A stretch of DNA of 64,000 bases, taken from Neophaeotheca triangularis. Its lineage: Eukaryota. Shown here piece by piece: positions 48,022 to 59,933 of the stretch (its first letter is position 1; the number at the start of each line of letters is the position of its first letter). The notes under the pieces are model-generated. The model did no database searches, was not told the DNA's origin, and saw nothing but the letters and a program-made list of their open reading frames with translations. The position numbers and the translations under genes were made by a program. The DNA lies in the NCBI GenBank assembly GCA_054600435.1, contig BAAIJX010000047.1, positions 62,001 through 126,000 on the forward strand, written 5' to 3'.

Positions 48022-50524
48022 ATGGCCGACAAGAACAAGGACAAGACGCCAGCACCTGAGCCAATGGTCATGTGCCTCACCTGCGACTTGGAGGCCATCC
48101 GCACAGACTACCGCGACAAGAGGCCCCATGGAGACCGCCACCAAGACGCCCTGGCTCAGGCTCGTCCGCGCCTCAGACTTAAGGGCAGAAACGATGTTTT
48201 GGGTGGCCCGGAGAGGCGCGTTGATCCAATCATGGGTGCAGTCTCAGTCGTGCTCCCGGACCATCACGTAGACCTCACACACTCTTCCCTTTTCGAAGTC
48301 ATCCACAAAATGGGCGTCAAGTCTGCTTTGCCAATCAGCAACGTCATGCGCCATCTCTTCACCGACCGCGAGATTCTGCAGCTCATATCTCCCACCGAGG
48401 CTTTTGATGCCAAAGTGGAGGAGATGGCATCCAAGTCTGGCAAAGTGCAAGCCGACAGGGCGAACGGCGACAACTTGGTTATTGGGCCGCCGACACCTGT
48501 CTCTGAGCAACTCAAGCAGGCCATCGCCGAGGCTCGACTCATCTACATGAAGCTTCTGCTACGCTACAATCTACTGGATTGGGACCTGATCTACCAAAGT
48601 GAAGCTCCGTTGGCGCAGACCAAGATGTACTACGAACAAATGGCCATGCTCAAAGAAGTCGTAAGTGGCGAGTGATATTCCAAGCAATTCGAATGCAAGT
48701 TCTAACTGGATTTTACAGGGAGGCAAAACCTACGACATGACTCGTTACGACCCGCTCACCAAGCAAATGTTCATCAGTGTCCTGGTTCCTCGCGCGACTT
48801 TCGGCAAGAAATTCGATCAAAGGGTTCGCAAAGCCGCCCGTATGGACCTTGCAGTCAACACACCGCAAGCCGGAACCCCTAGGGCGACGGTCCACAAGCG
48901 CACATTGCTCTCCGCATCACCGCCAAGCAGGCATGGGCTTTCTTTCTCAGCTACTGGTAATAAAATCGAGGAGCTGGTGAAGGAGTTCAAAGGCCGTGGC
49001 CGATCCGGCACTCTTGAGCGCTCCGTCAATACTGCCCCTGGTGAATGGTGCCCCGATGGCACTGTCATGAGGCGCTTGGCCGACCTCCAGCCCAATTGGC
49101 CCTCGCAGAGCAATCCAATATCCCGCGCACCCAGTCCCGACGGTCCCAATGACCCCGATCAGGTAGTATCAGACAAGAAACCAGCCAATGTTGACGAAGA
49201 GCCGTCAATCACCAAGTTAATCGTGCGAGAAGTTGAAGAGACCGGGGAGCATGCTTTTGAACCACCTTCTAAAACCAAATCACAGGACAAATGGTGGGAG
49301 CGCGATCTGGCGACTCGCAAGGCGACTCTAGAGGAGTACGACGCCAACAACATCAAGCACGGGTTGCAAGGCTCTCAGCACCACATCTCCAGAACCGGCG
49401 TGAACCCCGAGTTCGCGGTTGAGGGAGTCGACTACCACGCCATACCAAGCATGAGCAACACATACGCTTCCGCATCCGCCGCTGTCTCTAAGCCTCGCCG
49501 CACGCCAGAGATTCCAGTCCCAGTTCAAGAAGCTGCTGTTCCACCACCACGCAACCTCTCCGAGAGGCCCATCGAAGAACAACACGTGCGCGCGACTCAC
49601 GCCCTCAAGCAAGTACAGCAGCACGTCCGACAGATAAGATCCCTGCTGGCCGACGAACCCGAAAGCGAAGACCTCGCAAACCTCGTCGCCGACGCCGAAA
49701 AGGACGAAGAGGCCGCCCGCCAACGCTACGCCGAAACGGCGCGAGCCATGCGCGCCAAAGGCCTCGCGCAACGCGCTCTCCACGTTCGCGAGCAAAAATC
49801 CGAAGCCCTGCGCCAACGCAAGGCCGAGATCGAAGGCATGCTCGACCGTCAACGCGAATCGCTCGCCTTGACCCTATCGGACTCGAACGAAAGCAGCTAC
49901 ATCTCCGACGCCTCCTCCTCTATCCACCAACCCCGCTGGACCGCCGAACCCGCCACCCGCAGCGCTCCCGCCCGCCTCACAACAGCCAATCTCCAGCACC
50001 ACCAAACCGCCACCCGTGTCTCCACCAGCAGCTCCCGCGCCGAGCCCGCCAACACTAACACCGCCTTCCCCAGCTACGTCGACCCCTTCGCCACCTCCGC
50101 GCCGCAAAATCACCCAATGCCAACCCGCGCCTCTCCCTCCCCGGTCCGCGCAATCTCTCCGACCGCTTCCGCTCGCGCGAGCCCGCCAGCGCCTCGCTAC
50201 TTCGGCCCCGTGCCTCCACCCGCTCCACCAACTGCTCCCCGCGGCTCCACAGCTTCCGCTCTCAGCGCTTCTATCGCGCGTATCCGTGGCCGTGAGGCTG
50301 CTGGATTGCCACCGGTGGGGATGGCGGAATTGAGTGGGATTTCAGCGACGAGGGGGGATGTTGCTGGGGGTTCTGGTGCTGGGGGTTCTGGTGCTGGGGG
50401 TTCTAGTGCTGGGTCTGGGCTTGGTGCTCGTGGTTCTCGTACCGAGGGTAATGAAGGTCAGGGCAAGGGAAAGGCGAAGAAGGATAGCGTGGCTGTTGAT
50501 AAGGAGGATGGGGGCAAGAAGTGA
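48022..50524 (+). CDS. Uncharacterised protein with coiled-coil and low-complexity C-terminus (2 exons)
   Basis: ATG in CAACCATGG context. A phase-0 intron at 48661-48718 (GTAAGT...CTAAC...CAG) joins the two long ORFs. Confidence 0.75.
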
Positions 50525-51645
50525 TAGGGCAGAAGAGTGAGGAAATGGGAGCTGCGTTCATTCACGGGTCGGGCGTTATGATAGGGCGTTGAGGGTATGG
50601 GTCTGGGCTAGGGGGTTTGCTGTGTTTTCCTTTCTCCTCATTTTTTCCCAGGGTCCCGGGCGTTTGTCAAAGGGCGTTGGGAGGAGACTATGGGATGGGA
50701 AACTACGTAAAGGGAGGGCAATGATGAACAGCCCAGCCCCTCGCCATCACGGTAAAATGGGCAGCTAGCTGCTAGTTGCCCGGGCGGAGAGAACGAGATC
50801 TAAATCACGAATGTAACGCTTTGCCACCACTGCGCTCTTCCCTTCCCTTCCACAACCACAAAACACTCCCCAGTCCTCCGCCTCCGTGCATTACCTTAGT
50901 CATGCAAACCCTCTTCACCGACGGCACAATACAGAGTCACGACCCCTTCCAGCCCTCCCATTTCGACTAGTCTAGTACCCCCCTCCCCCCCTTCGTCAAA
51001 ACTCCCAACAGTAGACGCTAAGCGCGCAGGTGCTCGCGGTCAGTGGACGGCTAGCTTGGCGAGGTTGAGAAGCCAGGTGCCCGATGAAAAGCTGGAGTTC
51101 GTCAAGGTCCGGGTAAGGCTTGGTTTGCCGGGGGAGGGGGAGCGCCGAATGGGTTAGTAGGCACCTAGGTAGCTAGCTGGCTAGTTGGCTAGACTAACTG
51201 CTTACCCGGGTACTTTGCTGTAGCTACTACCCAGGTTCTTCTAAGTTGTGAGAGTATCAGGTGCTTTGTGTCGATCCTTGGGTATCGCGGCTGGAATGTG
51301 TTGTTGGAGGTTCGAGTGCCAAGGTCGTGGCACTTGTGAAGGGCGCAGCACGTGTCTCGCTAGATGGTTTTTTCCGCGGCATCCTTCTTGCTCCACACGT
51401 ATTAGAAGTTTGGTCCGAGACTTTGATGATGGTGTCAGGGATGGGAGGTCGTACGTACGGCATCCTTTACGACCTTAGCACGGTACACACTACAGGTGAC
51501 TGCTTCTTGGGATCTTGGGAGTATGTAGTATAAAAGAGCCCTCAAAACTGCCACGTTCGAATGGAGGAGGGTTCTACTTCCACAATCCAATAAGACGCAG
51601 TATCACCACGAAACAAAACCATCACCACCGCTACTACTAACCACA

Positions 51646-52488
51646 ATGTCCACCATTACAGCTTTGGCCGCGCTAGCCACAGCAACCCTCCTGACCAGCC
51701 AAGTCTCAGCCCAGGGCTGCTCCGAATTCAACTTGCAAGTCCTCGATCGAAACGGCAACATCACCTTCCCAAGCCAACACACCCGCGTCTCCGACGCAGT
51801 CCTATGCACAACCGACACGGAAGACTCCGAACGCTATTCCAACGGCCGCTGCCCCGTCCAAGCCCAAGGCTACGCGACCTACGCAATCCAGATCAACAAC
51901 ACGGCCTTCCACGCCAACCAAACCGACGGCGACGGCGACATCGAAGCCATTCGCGCCAGCCTCGATGCTTTCTTCGAAACCGTCGGTGTTCCCGCCGACC
52001 GTGCGAATATCAGCGGCATTGCTACCGACCAGACTCTCGCCGCCGATCCGCAACCTGCCGATCAGCCGGATGGTCGTCCTCTCTACTCTTACGCTATGTT
52101 CACGCCGGTTTTCGATTGTTATCTAGGCTTGTTTCATGATTGTGAGGCTGGATTTTTGGATGAGAGTGATGTCGTGCGGCTGTGCTTGCCGCGGTTTGAG
52201 GAGAGAGAGTTTGACGGGATCCCGAGTTTTGAGGGTAATGTGTGGATTGCTGTGACGGATGCGCTGGAGGAGGGTGATGATGAGTTGGCAAATCCTAATG
52301 CTGAAATGGACGACGATTGGGAGGCTGGGTTTTCGAGGTTCATGGAGGGCGGCAGCGGCGGCGACGATGGTGGTGGCGATGATGGTGACGACGGGGACCA
52401 AGATTCCAGCGGGTCGGCACTGGGATTCAAGCCTTCGGGTTTGCTTTCCCTTGGAGTCGCATGGCTTCTGGTTGTTAGCATGGCTTAG
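51646..52488 (+). CDS. Secreted, Cys-containing, acidic, probably GPI-anchored protein (paralog A)
   Basis: Signal peptide ending VSA|QGC, six Cys, Asp-rich spacer, SSGSA omega-like site and a hydrophobic C-terminus. Confidence 0.85.
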   Translation: MSTITALAALATATLLTSQVSAQGCSEFNLQVLDRNGNITFPSQHTRVSDAVLCTTDTEDSERYSNGRCPVQAQGYATYAIQINNTAFHANQTDGDGDIEAIRASLDAFFETVGVPADRANISGIATDQTLAADPQPADQPDGRPLYSYAMFTPVFDCYLGLFHDCEAGFLDESDVVRLCLPRFEEREFDGIPSFEGNVWIAVTDALEEGDDELANPNAEMDDDWEAGFSRFMEGGSGGDDGGGDDGDDGDQDSSGSALGFKPSGLLSLGVAWLLVVSMA

Positions 52489-53826
52489 GCTGTGATCTGT
52501 ACTCGCAGTTTGCATCTACGGTCGGGACGTCGCTTTGCTGGCTTCTCGGAGTGCAATTGGAAGTACTTACTAATGGCAGCAGCCATTCTACTGCGTTTGT
52601 TGGCATACAGCACCTTATCGCTAACCTGGCCCCATCTAGCAATGACATGACCAGACACATCCCCTGGCAAAAGACCAATCTTGAATCCTCTGTTAATGCG
52701 CTCGCGATAATCAGACTCTGCAATCAGAAGTCTACGGAAATTGCAAAAGCCAAGGTAGACGAGTATTCGGACCGTGGCTGAGGATGGACGTTTGTTGTAC
52801 CTGTGTGACAAAGCGTTAGATATCCGACCGTGCCTTCTGTGATGGACGGGCATCCTCACTCGTCTCTTTCCAATTGTGCACGCGTCCACCTATTGGTCAT
52901 CGCAACAGCGATCCAGATGGCCATGTAGGCCCAAGGCGCGTGGGGACTGTATGCGTATTGCATTGCAACCAAAGCGGAGATGCCAATGGCAACGGTGTAC
53001 ACCTCGGGCTTGTTTGCATTCTCAAGCAGGGCCGAGGACTCGCCCGTGATTCCGCCAAGCGCGACAAACAGTCGTGCCCATATGAAAGCATGTATGGGGA
53101 CCAAGGCATCGTGGTAGGCTGCATCTTCGCCGACGTGAACAGCATAGAGCATGGCCAGCGGTCGCAGGATGGCGCCTGTCTGATAGAACGGTCCTGTCTG
53201 TGAGTCAGAATGAAGCATTGGAATTAATAATCTAAGACTGCTTTCAGGAGTAGTGACGAGCGAGAACACGTACGGACGAGTACCGGATGGCCCATGCGGA
53301 GGTTTTTTACCATGGCGAGATTCGTCAGGGATTGGACCATGCAGAGGAAGAGGGCAAGGTGTGACGCGGCTGACGAGCCGATGCCCTGACATGCCCGGTA
53401 GTGCGACACATAGAAGAGAATGATTTCACTGACGGAGGCGGATACGTGCGTCGGTAGCGCTAGGTGTTGAGGATGTATGTTAGTAGTTGGTTGATGAAAT
53501 GGGCTAGATGGTATTGTATTCAAAGGCTTACTCAATCGTTGTAGAAGGGTGCGGCGGCGGCCCGGAAGCCCCTTCAGACGGAGAGGATTGTTGTACGACT
53601 CCATTCGGTTATAAAAGGCATACGTGATCATCATACAGTAGCATATTGCCAGATATTGCCATCCTTCTCGCAAAGGGAGGCAGGTCTGTGAGGCTTCGGG
53701 CGTATCAACAGGCCGAAAACTTGGGTCACCTACAACATGGATTCTCTTTAGTCTCTGTTACGTTTATGGAAAGGCTGCTCGAGGTCTTGACTTACAGATA
53801 GCGCTGCGTTGGGCGTTGAAGTCCAT
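52485..53826 (-). CDS. Uncharacterised multi-pass membrane protein (about 5 exons)
   Basis: Four GT-AG introns join MDFNAQRSAI|CDPSF...WQYLAICYCMMITYAFY...|TLPTHVSASVSEIILFY...GHPVLVR|PFYQTGAILRP...HAFIWARLF...|YNKRPSSATVRILVYLGF. Several hydrophobic segments are present. Confidence 0.65.
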
Positions 53827-55639
53827 GATTAGAGAGGCGGGGGGAGAGGGGGGGGATTGCATATCAAAAAAGGGGAGAAATCATAAATTCATGGATTGTT
53901 AAAGGACAAGAAGCAGACACGATATTTGGGGAGAAAATCACGTAGTAGTACTTCCAAACAATTAGCACGGCAAGCGATAGCGTGCAGCCGAATAGGGTGA
54001 GCACCTATGTCAGGCTCCAGTGGAATCGGGCATAGAATACTCTTTGACGCGAAAAGTGCAGTGCTTACATGGTATTTATCAGTATACGTGGCAGGTCTGA
54101 TAGCACCGCGTCAAAGTCCAATGGTATTGCACCCGCAAAAGCAATCACAGGTCGCTTAGCTAGCAGGTCGAGGCTGTCACTTTTAGGGGGTCTGGTATCT
54201 AGACATGCTCAAGGAGGCTGAGGCTCTCGGAGCTGGGGGAATCCCTTGCTTTGAAGGTGGCGGGAACCAACCAGTTGGACCATTCGCGCACTCATGCAGT
54301 CTCCTCAAGGCGTTAATCGCGCAGTTGCGTGTGTTCTAGACCTTTTTCAGACTTCAGCCTTGTTTTGCTGGCGCTCGCTGTCGCTATGCCTGGTCAGCTG
54401 AGAGTCCGTGAAAGGCTGAGAGGCGCCGTTCTCCACTACAACGGCTGCGGCCTACTTGCTGTGCCAGAGATACGTGAGATTTTGCACTGGGCCCACGGCC
54501 AGCCTCGCCGGCCACGCTCAAGCGACGATCCGGATTCAGCGACAATCAGGCACGTTGTCCGATGCGCCTTTTGGGCCACGTTGCAATCAGCTGGTACTGA
54601 AATAGCGCGTCCGCTTCCGAGGACAGGAAGATGAGCCAAACGCTTACCCATCACCCAGATATGTTGATGATACACGTATTGACGGCGGTGTAAGGTTCTC
54701 TCTCCCGACGAGTTTGCAGCCACCTATACCTTATTTCCTACGAGGGTGGAGTTGCCCTGACAGTAGCATGTGACAGCCAAGCCAAGACGACGATTGGGTA
54801 AGAATAGCAGGCGCTAGCGGAAGGATTCTGCAAAGGATGAGCGCGAGGAGGTATTCAGAGTGGTAAAGTCGAACACCTCGAGTAGGGTACGGGTTGAAGC
54901 ATACCCATTCCGGTTTGAGTGGACCTCTAGTCCTCTAAAGGTACAGAAGGAAAAGAAGCCGCTAAGAGATGCTTGGCGTATCTAGTGGCGGAGTACTTAG
55001 GTAGGTTCATGGGTGAGTAGTAGTTATTGCTTATAGGACTGGCGAATGGTAGAAGTACCTTAGTGCTTCCCACTCCAACACGATAGGGATGTTATACTAT
55101 TGTAGAGCTCCTAGCAGCAACTTCACCCGAGATTCCGCTAATCAGCATTTCCGTCAGGATTGCCTATCAAATCCCGTCCTCGCCACGGCCGTCGTTGTCG
55201 TCGTGAAGTGATGTCTATGGAACATCGGGGACTCCGCACTTTAAATCGTGGGGAAAGGCAAATCTAAAAACGCCAAAGTGAAGCTTGGCAGCCAGCCGGT
55301 GGTGCCGGAAACCAGCCCTCCGGTCGATCACCTACTTGCTCATCCAATGATTTTTAACAAAAGAAAAATAGAGGTAGCGCACGTGTTGTTCAGTTAAATC
55401 CTTCGCGCGGCACTTAACATCAGCCCAGCCCTTTATGACGGCGCCAGGCTTGTGGCAGTCATGTGGAATGTCCTATGGAGGGTTGCACAGTTGCTTTGGG
55501 GTGGTGGAAGGATGTGCTGCGGCTAACGTTTTAACATGGAAGAAGCTGCTGCTTCTTGCTTCTGCGTAGTCAAGACCGATACGGAATCGTCTGTTCGTCA
55601 GGTTTCGACACAGCATTTTCCTCAATACCAGTCACCATC

Positions 55640-56413
55640 ATGCCTTCATTCACAAGTGTTGTGGCCCTGGTCACGGCGATTTTCTTTGCCAGCCAAGCCT
55701 CGGCCCAAGGCTGTTCGACTTTCACGGCAGTAGGGAGATATCACAACGCCGCGGGAATTGGCATCGCAAACGACACCATCTCAGAGACCCAGATATGTAC
55801 GCCCACTTCCGACAATTACGATCAAGATACCGAGAGCTGCAGACTCGAATCCTGGGGCTTTCTCACCCATTCCATGTGGATCAACAGCACGGAATTCAAC
55901 GACCCAGACGCCAACTCGACCGCTATCGAGGCAAGTCTGGACACCTTTTTCAATTCGACCGATTTCTCACCAGACCGCGCGATCGTCAATGGCATCGCCC
56001 GAAACCGAACATTTTCCATCCCCGCAAGCGGAAACGAAAGCACCGCTAGTTTTGTGAGGTTCACGCCGGACTATAATTGCTATCTTGGGTTTTTCAGCGA
56101 TTGCGAGGACAACTTTCAAGAGGAGAGCCCGAATTTCACGCTGTGTATCCCGGATGTGGACGGTTTGGACGACGAGGGGCGGCCCGTGATCCACGGTCGA
56201 AGGGAGGTAGTCACCACCGACGCGGAGTCTGCGGTAGAAGCTCCATCGAACCCGAATGCTATGCCAGCTGAGGGTTGGGAGGCTGGGTTTTCGAATTTTA
56301 GGGACGACGATGACGATGGCGACGACGACGAAAGCGGATCCGCATATGGCTTCGAGCCTCCAGCTTTAGCCGCCGTGGGAATTGCCTGGCTTTTGGCTTT
56401 TGGCATGGTTTAA
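55640..56413 (+). CDS. Secreted, Cys-containing, acidic, probably GPI-anchored protein (paralog B)
   Basis: Signal peptide MPSFTSVVALVTAIFFASQASA|QGC. Shares ASLD.FF, DRA...GIA, FTP...CYLG.F.DCE, NPNA....WEAGFS.F and SGSA.GF.P with 51646-52488. Confidence 0.87.
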   Translation: MPSFTSVVALVTAIFFASQASAQGCSTFTAVGRYHNAAGIGIANDTISETQICTPTSDNYDQDTESCRLESWGFLTHSMWINSTEFNDPDANSTAIEASLDTFFNSTDFSPDRAIVNGIARNRTFSIPASGNESTASFVRFTPDYNCYLGFFSDCEDNFQEESPNFTLCIPDVDGLDDEGRPVIHGRREVVTTDAESAVEAPSNPNAMPAEGWEAGFSNFRDDDDDGDDDESGSAYGFEPPALAAVGIAWLLAFGMV

Positions 56414-56582
56414 ATTGAGGCCAACATGGTTCAGAAAGCTTGTAGCATCTAATGGGATATCTGATGATTCTGATCCAAACTGCAAGACATTCTGCCAACC
56501 TTCCACATGCAGAAAAGGCGTTCAAGACTCGCTGCGGTCCGTTCTGTTGGCGGGTGGCATGGCGGTAAGAGCAGGCGCCGGC

Positions 56583-58700
56583 TCATGTGAGCCAGAACAA
56601 ACGAGGCTTCTCCGCGTTGTAAACTTTGTTGAACTTCCCCCATTCCCACGCGTCCCAACGAAATGCTTCACTTTTGGGAGATATGTCGAACACTCCAATG
56701 CGACGATACGAAAGATTTTCTTGCCGAATCAAGACAAGACCTTGAACCCAATCCATAGCTTCGTCAGGAGCTGCTCGATAGATTGCAAGACCGACAAAGT
56801 CAGACGCGGTATCTAGATCTGCTTCACCTCCAGACACAGCCATTGTTGATGTATCGAGTTCGCTTACTCTGCCATCATATCCGTTGTCTAGCGTTAAGAG
56901 GAGGTCAAAGTGCGTTTCCAGCTCGGACGCTAACCGCGGTAACTTCCAAGACTTCCCTATAACGAACATATCATCGGATGAATCCGGCCAGACGCATACG
57001 GCGTACCTCTCTCCCGGCCCACTTCGTCGTACTGAGGGCCCAGCGTTAAGATGACCGTCCACCGACAGCCAACTCCACGAGGGCGCTCGCCAGGCCTGGC
57101 TTTGCAAACGATGTTTTTCCTTTGGCTCGTACATCTTTGACCAGCAGAGTCCTCTTGGTAGGTTTTGCAAGAAAAATCCATTGACATATCGACAATTGGA
57201 TTTTTTCGCCATTCGCTCGGCCACACTTTGTATGGCGACAGCTTTGTCAGTGGCGTGACTTAATACCGCTCCAGTGTAATCTGTAAAGACATAGTTCCAT
57301 ATCGACTCGAGCTGGATGATCGCTTCCACAGATGACTTTGATACCGTCCCACTGGAGCTCAAGCATCCAGGGCCTGCATCGGGGTATCGGCCTTCTAGAT
57401 ATCGTCCCCTGACTGGTCGAGAGTCGGTGAGGATCTTGGCAGTTGAACATTCCCAGCGCATTCCAATGCTAGTGAAATGTAGCATGCGAGGGGATAGTAA
57501 GCGCTCCTGTACCACCCATGCCCGGCTAAAGATGGTCTCTTTGCGGAGCTCATCGTCAAAGTAGTCTGGAGAGCTAACGGCGAACTTCATTGGGGGCAGG
57601 GTACTTCTCGCCCTCCATTCAACAAAGACTGGTCGCGGCGCTGACTGCGAAAATTTGGCAAAGCACCCCTCTGAGGGCTGCCTGGCGTGGGTGGCCCCAA
57701 TGTTGAGTATTGCATTCGAGTAGACTTGTTGCATCCGAGGTGCCTCCAAGTCCCAATCTTCTGTCTTCTGTATAATGCAAAAGCAGTCGATCCAGATGTA
57801 TCGGATCGATAGACGGACCGTCGTTAAGAAAGCATCTTGAAAGGTTCTTGGGAACTTGGAAAAGGCGACGCCAGAGAGAAAGCTAGGATAAGATTCCAGG
57901 CTGAGGACTGTGAAAGGCTCATTGCCCCAGCAGTGACTGAGCGTCGCGTAGGCCCCGTCCGGAGGCTCCACTGCACACTCTATGAGCCTAGCTTGCGATG
58001 CTTCGAGTGCGAGCAGCCTTGTCGGGTAAAAACGTATCGATGATGCCATTTTGGGGCAGCTCGTGTGATGGTCGAGACAGGTCTGAAACCACACATCGGC
58101 GAGCGCAAGAGACTCTGCGCTTCCTGTTGACCCAGATCTTGAAGATGCGGCAGCTGCGTCCCATTCGTGTAGGTGTTCGGATAGATCGAAGTCAATCGAG
58201 AAGAGCTGACTTGGAAAGCTGAACGTCAACTGATCTAACAAACGGAAACGACCCGTCGAAGAATTAGAAAGCGAGTATCTGGAAATCGAGTAGCACGTTT
58301 TTGATGTTGGACAGTCCTCATCCGGGAACTGGACTGAGAATCTTCCTAGTATTTGCAGACACAGTGTACATCCTGCTAGTACTGCTTCACGCAAACCGTC
58401 TTTGACGTGGTGCGCATACCAACAGCGATCGGCTTCGAAGCCCAAACACTCAGAGCGAGCCGAATGTTTTTCGAGTCGGCACGCACAAGGCCAAGCTTCC
58501 TTGATCTGAATTGCCTCTGTTCTAGAAGCCAGACCTTCGTCATACCAGTCGATGCTGCGGTTGAATATAGACCGGCATGCCGGACACAATGCAGGGAACG
58601 GCCCCACAGGAGAGTGAGGGCGGCCTTGCATCAATTTGCTGGAGACGCGGGATCCGGTTGAGAACGTCTCACTTCCTCCCAGACTGTCCGGAGTCGTCAT
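56583..58700 (-). CDS. HET-domain (heterokaryon incompatibility) protein
   Basis: Motifs PTRLL, YATLSHCWG, PRTFQDA, YIWIDCFCIIQ, M.QVYSNA..NIGA, RAWVVQERLLSPRMLHF and RAPSWSW. Confidence 0.92.
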   Translation of the reverse strand: MTTPDSLGGSETFSTGSRVSSKLMQGRPHSPVGPFPALCPACRSIFNRSIDWYDEGLASRTEAIQIKEAWPCACRLEKHSARSECLGFEADRCWYAHHVKDGLREAVLAGCTLCLQILGRFSVQFPDEDCPTSKTCYSISRYSLSNSSTGRFRLLDQLTFSFPSQLFSIDFDLSEHLHEWDAAAASSRSGSTGSAESLALADVWFQTCLDHHTSCPKMASSIRFYPTRLLALEASQARLIECAVEPPDGAYATLSHCWGNEPFTVLSLESYPSFLSGVAFSKFPRTFQDAFLTTVRLSIRYIWIDCFCIIQKTEDWDLEAPRMQQVYSNAILNIGATHARQPSEGCFAKFSQSAPRPVFVEWRARSTLPPMKFAVSSPDYFDDELRKETIFSRAWVVQERLLSPRMLHFTSIGMRWECSTAKILTDSRPVRGRYLEGRYPDAGPGCLSSSGTVSKSSVEAIIQLESIWNYVFTDYTGAVLSHATDKAVAIQSVAERMAKKSNCRYVNGFFLQNLPRGLCWSKMYEPKEKHRLQSQAWRAPSWSWLSVDGHLNAGPSVRRSGPGERYAVCVWPDSSDDMFVIGKSWKLPRLASELETHFDLLLTLDNGYDGRVSELDTSTMAVSGGEADLDTASDFVGLAIYRAAPDEAMDWVQGLVLIRQENLSYRRIGVFDISPKSEAFRWDAWEWGKFNKVYNAEKPRLFWLT

Positions 58701-59933
58701 TACGCCGGGTAATCAAGATTCAGGGGTCAAGGTCCAAGCGGCAAGGGCAAGAAGTTGAAGCGTTAAGACGGGGCGTGTAAAATAATACTTACTTCTTCTC
58801 AGCAGCATTGCCAAGTGGGCACCCCGCCCTTACCAACTCCCCTCAGTGCCTACCTCTTCAGCCTTGCTCACACCACGACAAAAAGAGCACACGGCGATGC
58901 CAAGCTACCTGTATACTCACCCAGCACATCAGCAGCAGCCCAAGCAAGCGACGAGGCCGTATTGGTCGAGCCGTGCATAGGTATTTCGCCCTAACTCCTA
59001 CCAGCAGTAGGCGCAAGACGGGTGAAGGATCGAGCTCGCGAGAACAGCTCGGGCTGCAGTTCGGAATACAGTTCGTCGCGGTCTTAACGAACGGGGCGCA
59101 ACAAGCGGTACGGAAGTGGAGGAGTAGAAAGGTCTGCAGGCAAGGTGCAGGCTGTGGTACAGCTGCTTCTATACCACCGGAGCCGGAGCTCGTCGGCGTT
59201 TTCCAGCCAGCCGTTAGCGCCAGCTGCTCACAACCAACGAGAACTGGTAGCGCTCAAACTCTGACCCTGATGACTCTTGTGAGGCGGCGATGAGGGCGGT
59301 TCTACATGTGGCAATATTCTTTAGCCAGCTTAAAAGACTAGCAGGGGTAGAAATAATGGAAAAAACCTTACATGCCGCCAAAACGAGCTATCATGAAGAC
59401 TCTGGGATCTCTAGAATTTTGGTCCAGTATTTGCAGTCGTGTTTATAAGTCCACAGACTTTCGATGAGCAGCTATCGCGCTCCGACTTCTGACTGCGCAA
59501 GTACATTAGACTTGGACGGTTGTCAGGAGGGCGAAGTGGGAGCGGGCTACGGAACGACACTGCCGCGGCGAGTGCGAATGATCATCCCAAAGGAGTTGAG
59601 ATTGCGAACTTTAAGGGATTTCAAACCAAGACCACAGCTTCCGAGAGGTTCTTGGTGTAGAAGCGGGCCATTAGCCAAGATGATTTTGTCGACCGAGGAA
59701 GGCGTAGAAGCATGAGTTTGCACTACTATACCATCGCTTTAGCTGTGAATCGTACCTATGCATAGTTCTGAATCCAAGCAGAAGCAAGACCCAAACACCC
59801 TCGCTAACGACGGCGTCCATCGCCAAAACGCCTAACACGATGAAGTCGCCCATTCATCGCACCGCCAACGAGAAGAACGGCGCAATTGCTGCACCCAAGA
59901 ACCCTATCAAAGCATCAGCTCAGTTTCCACGAC

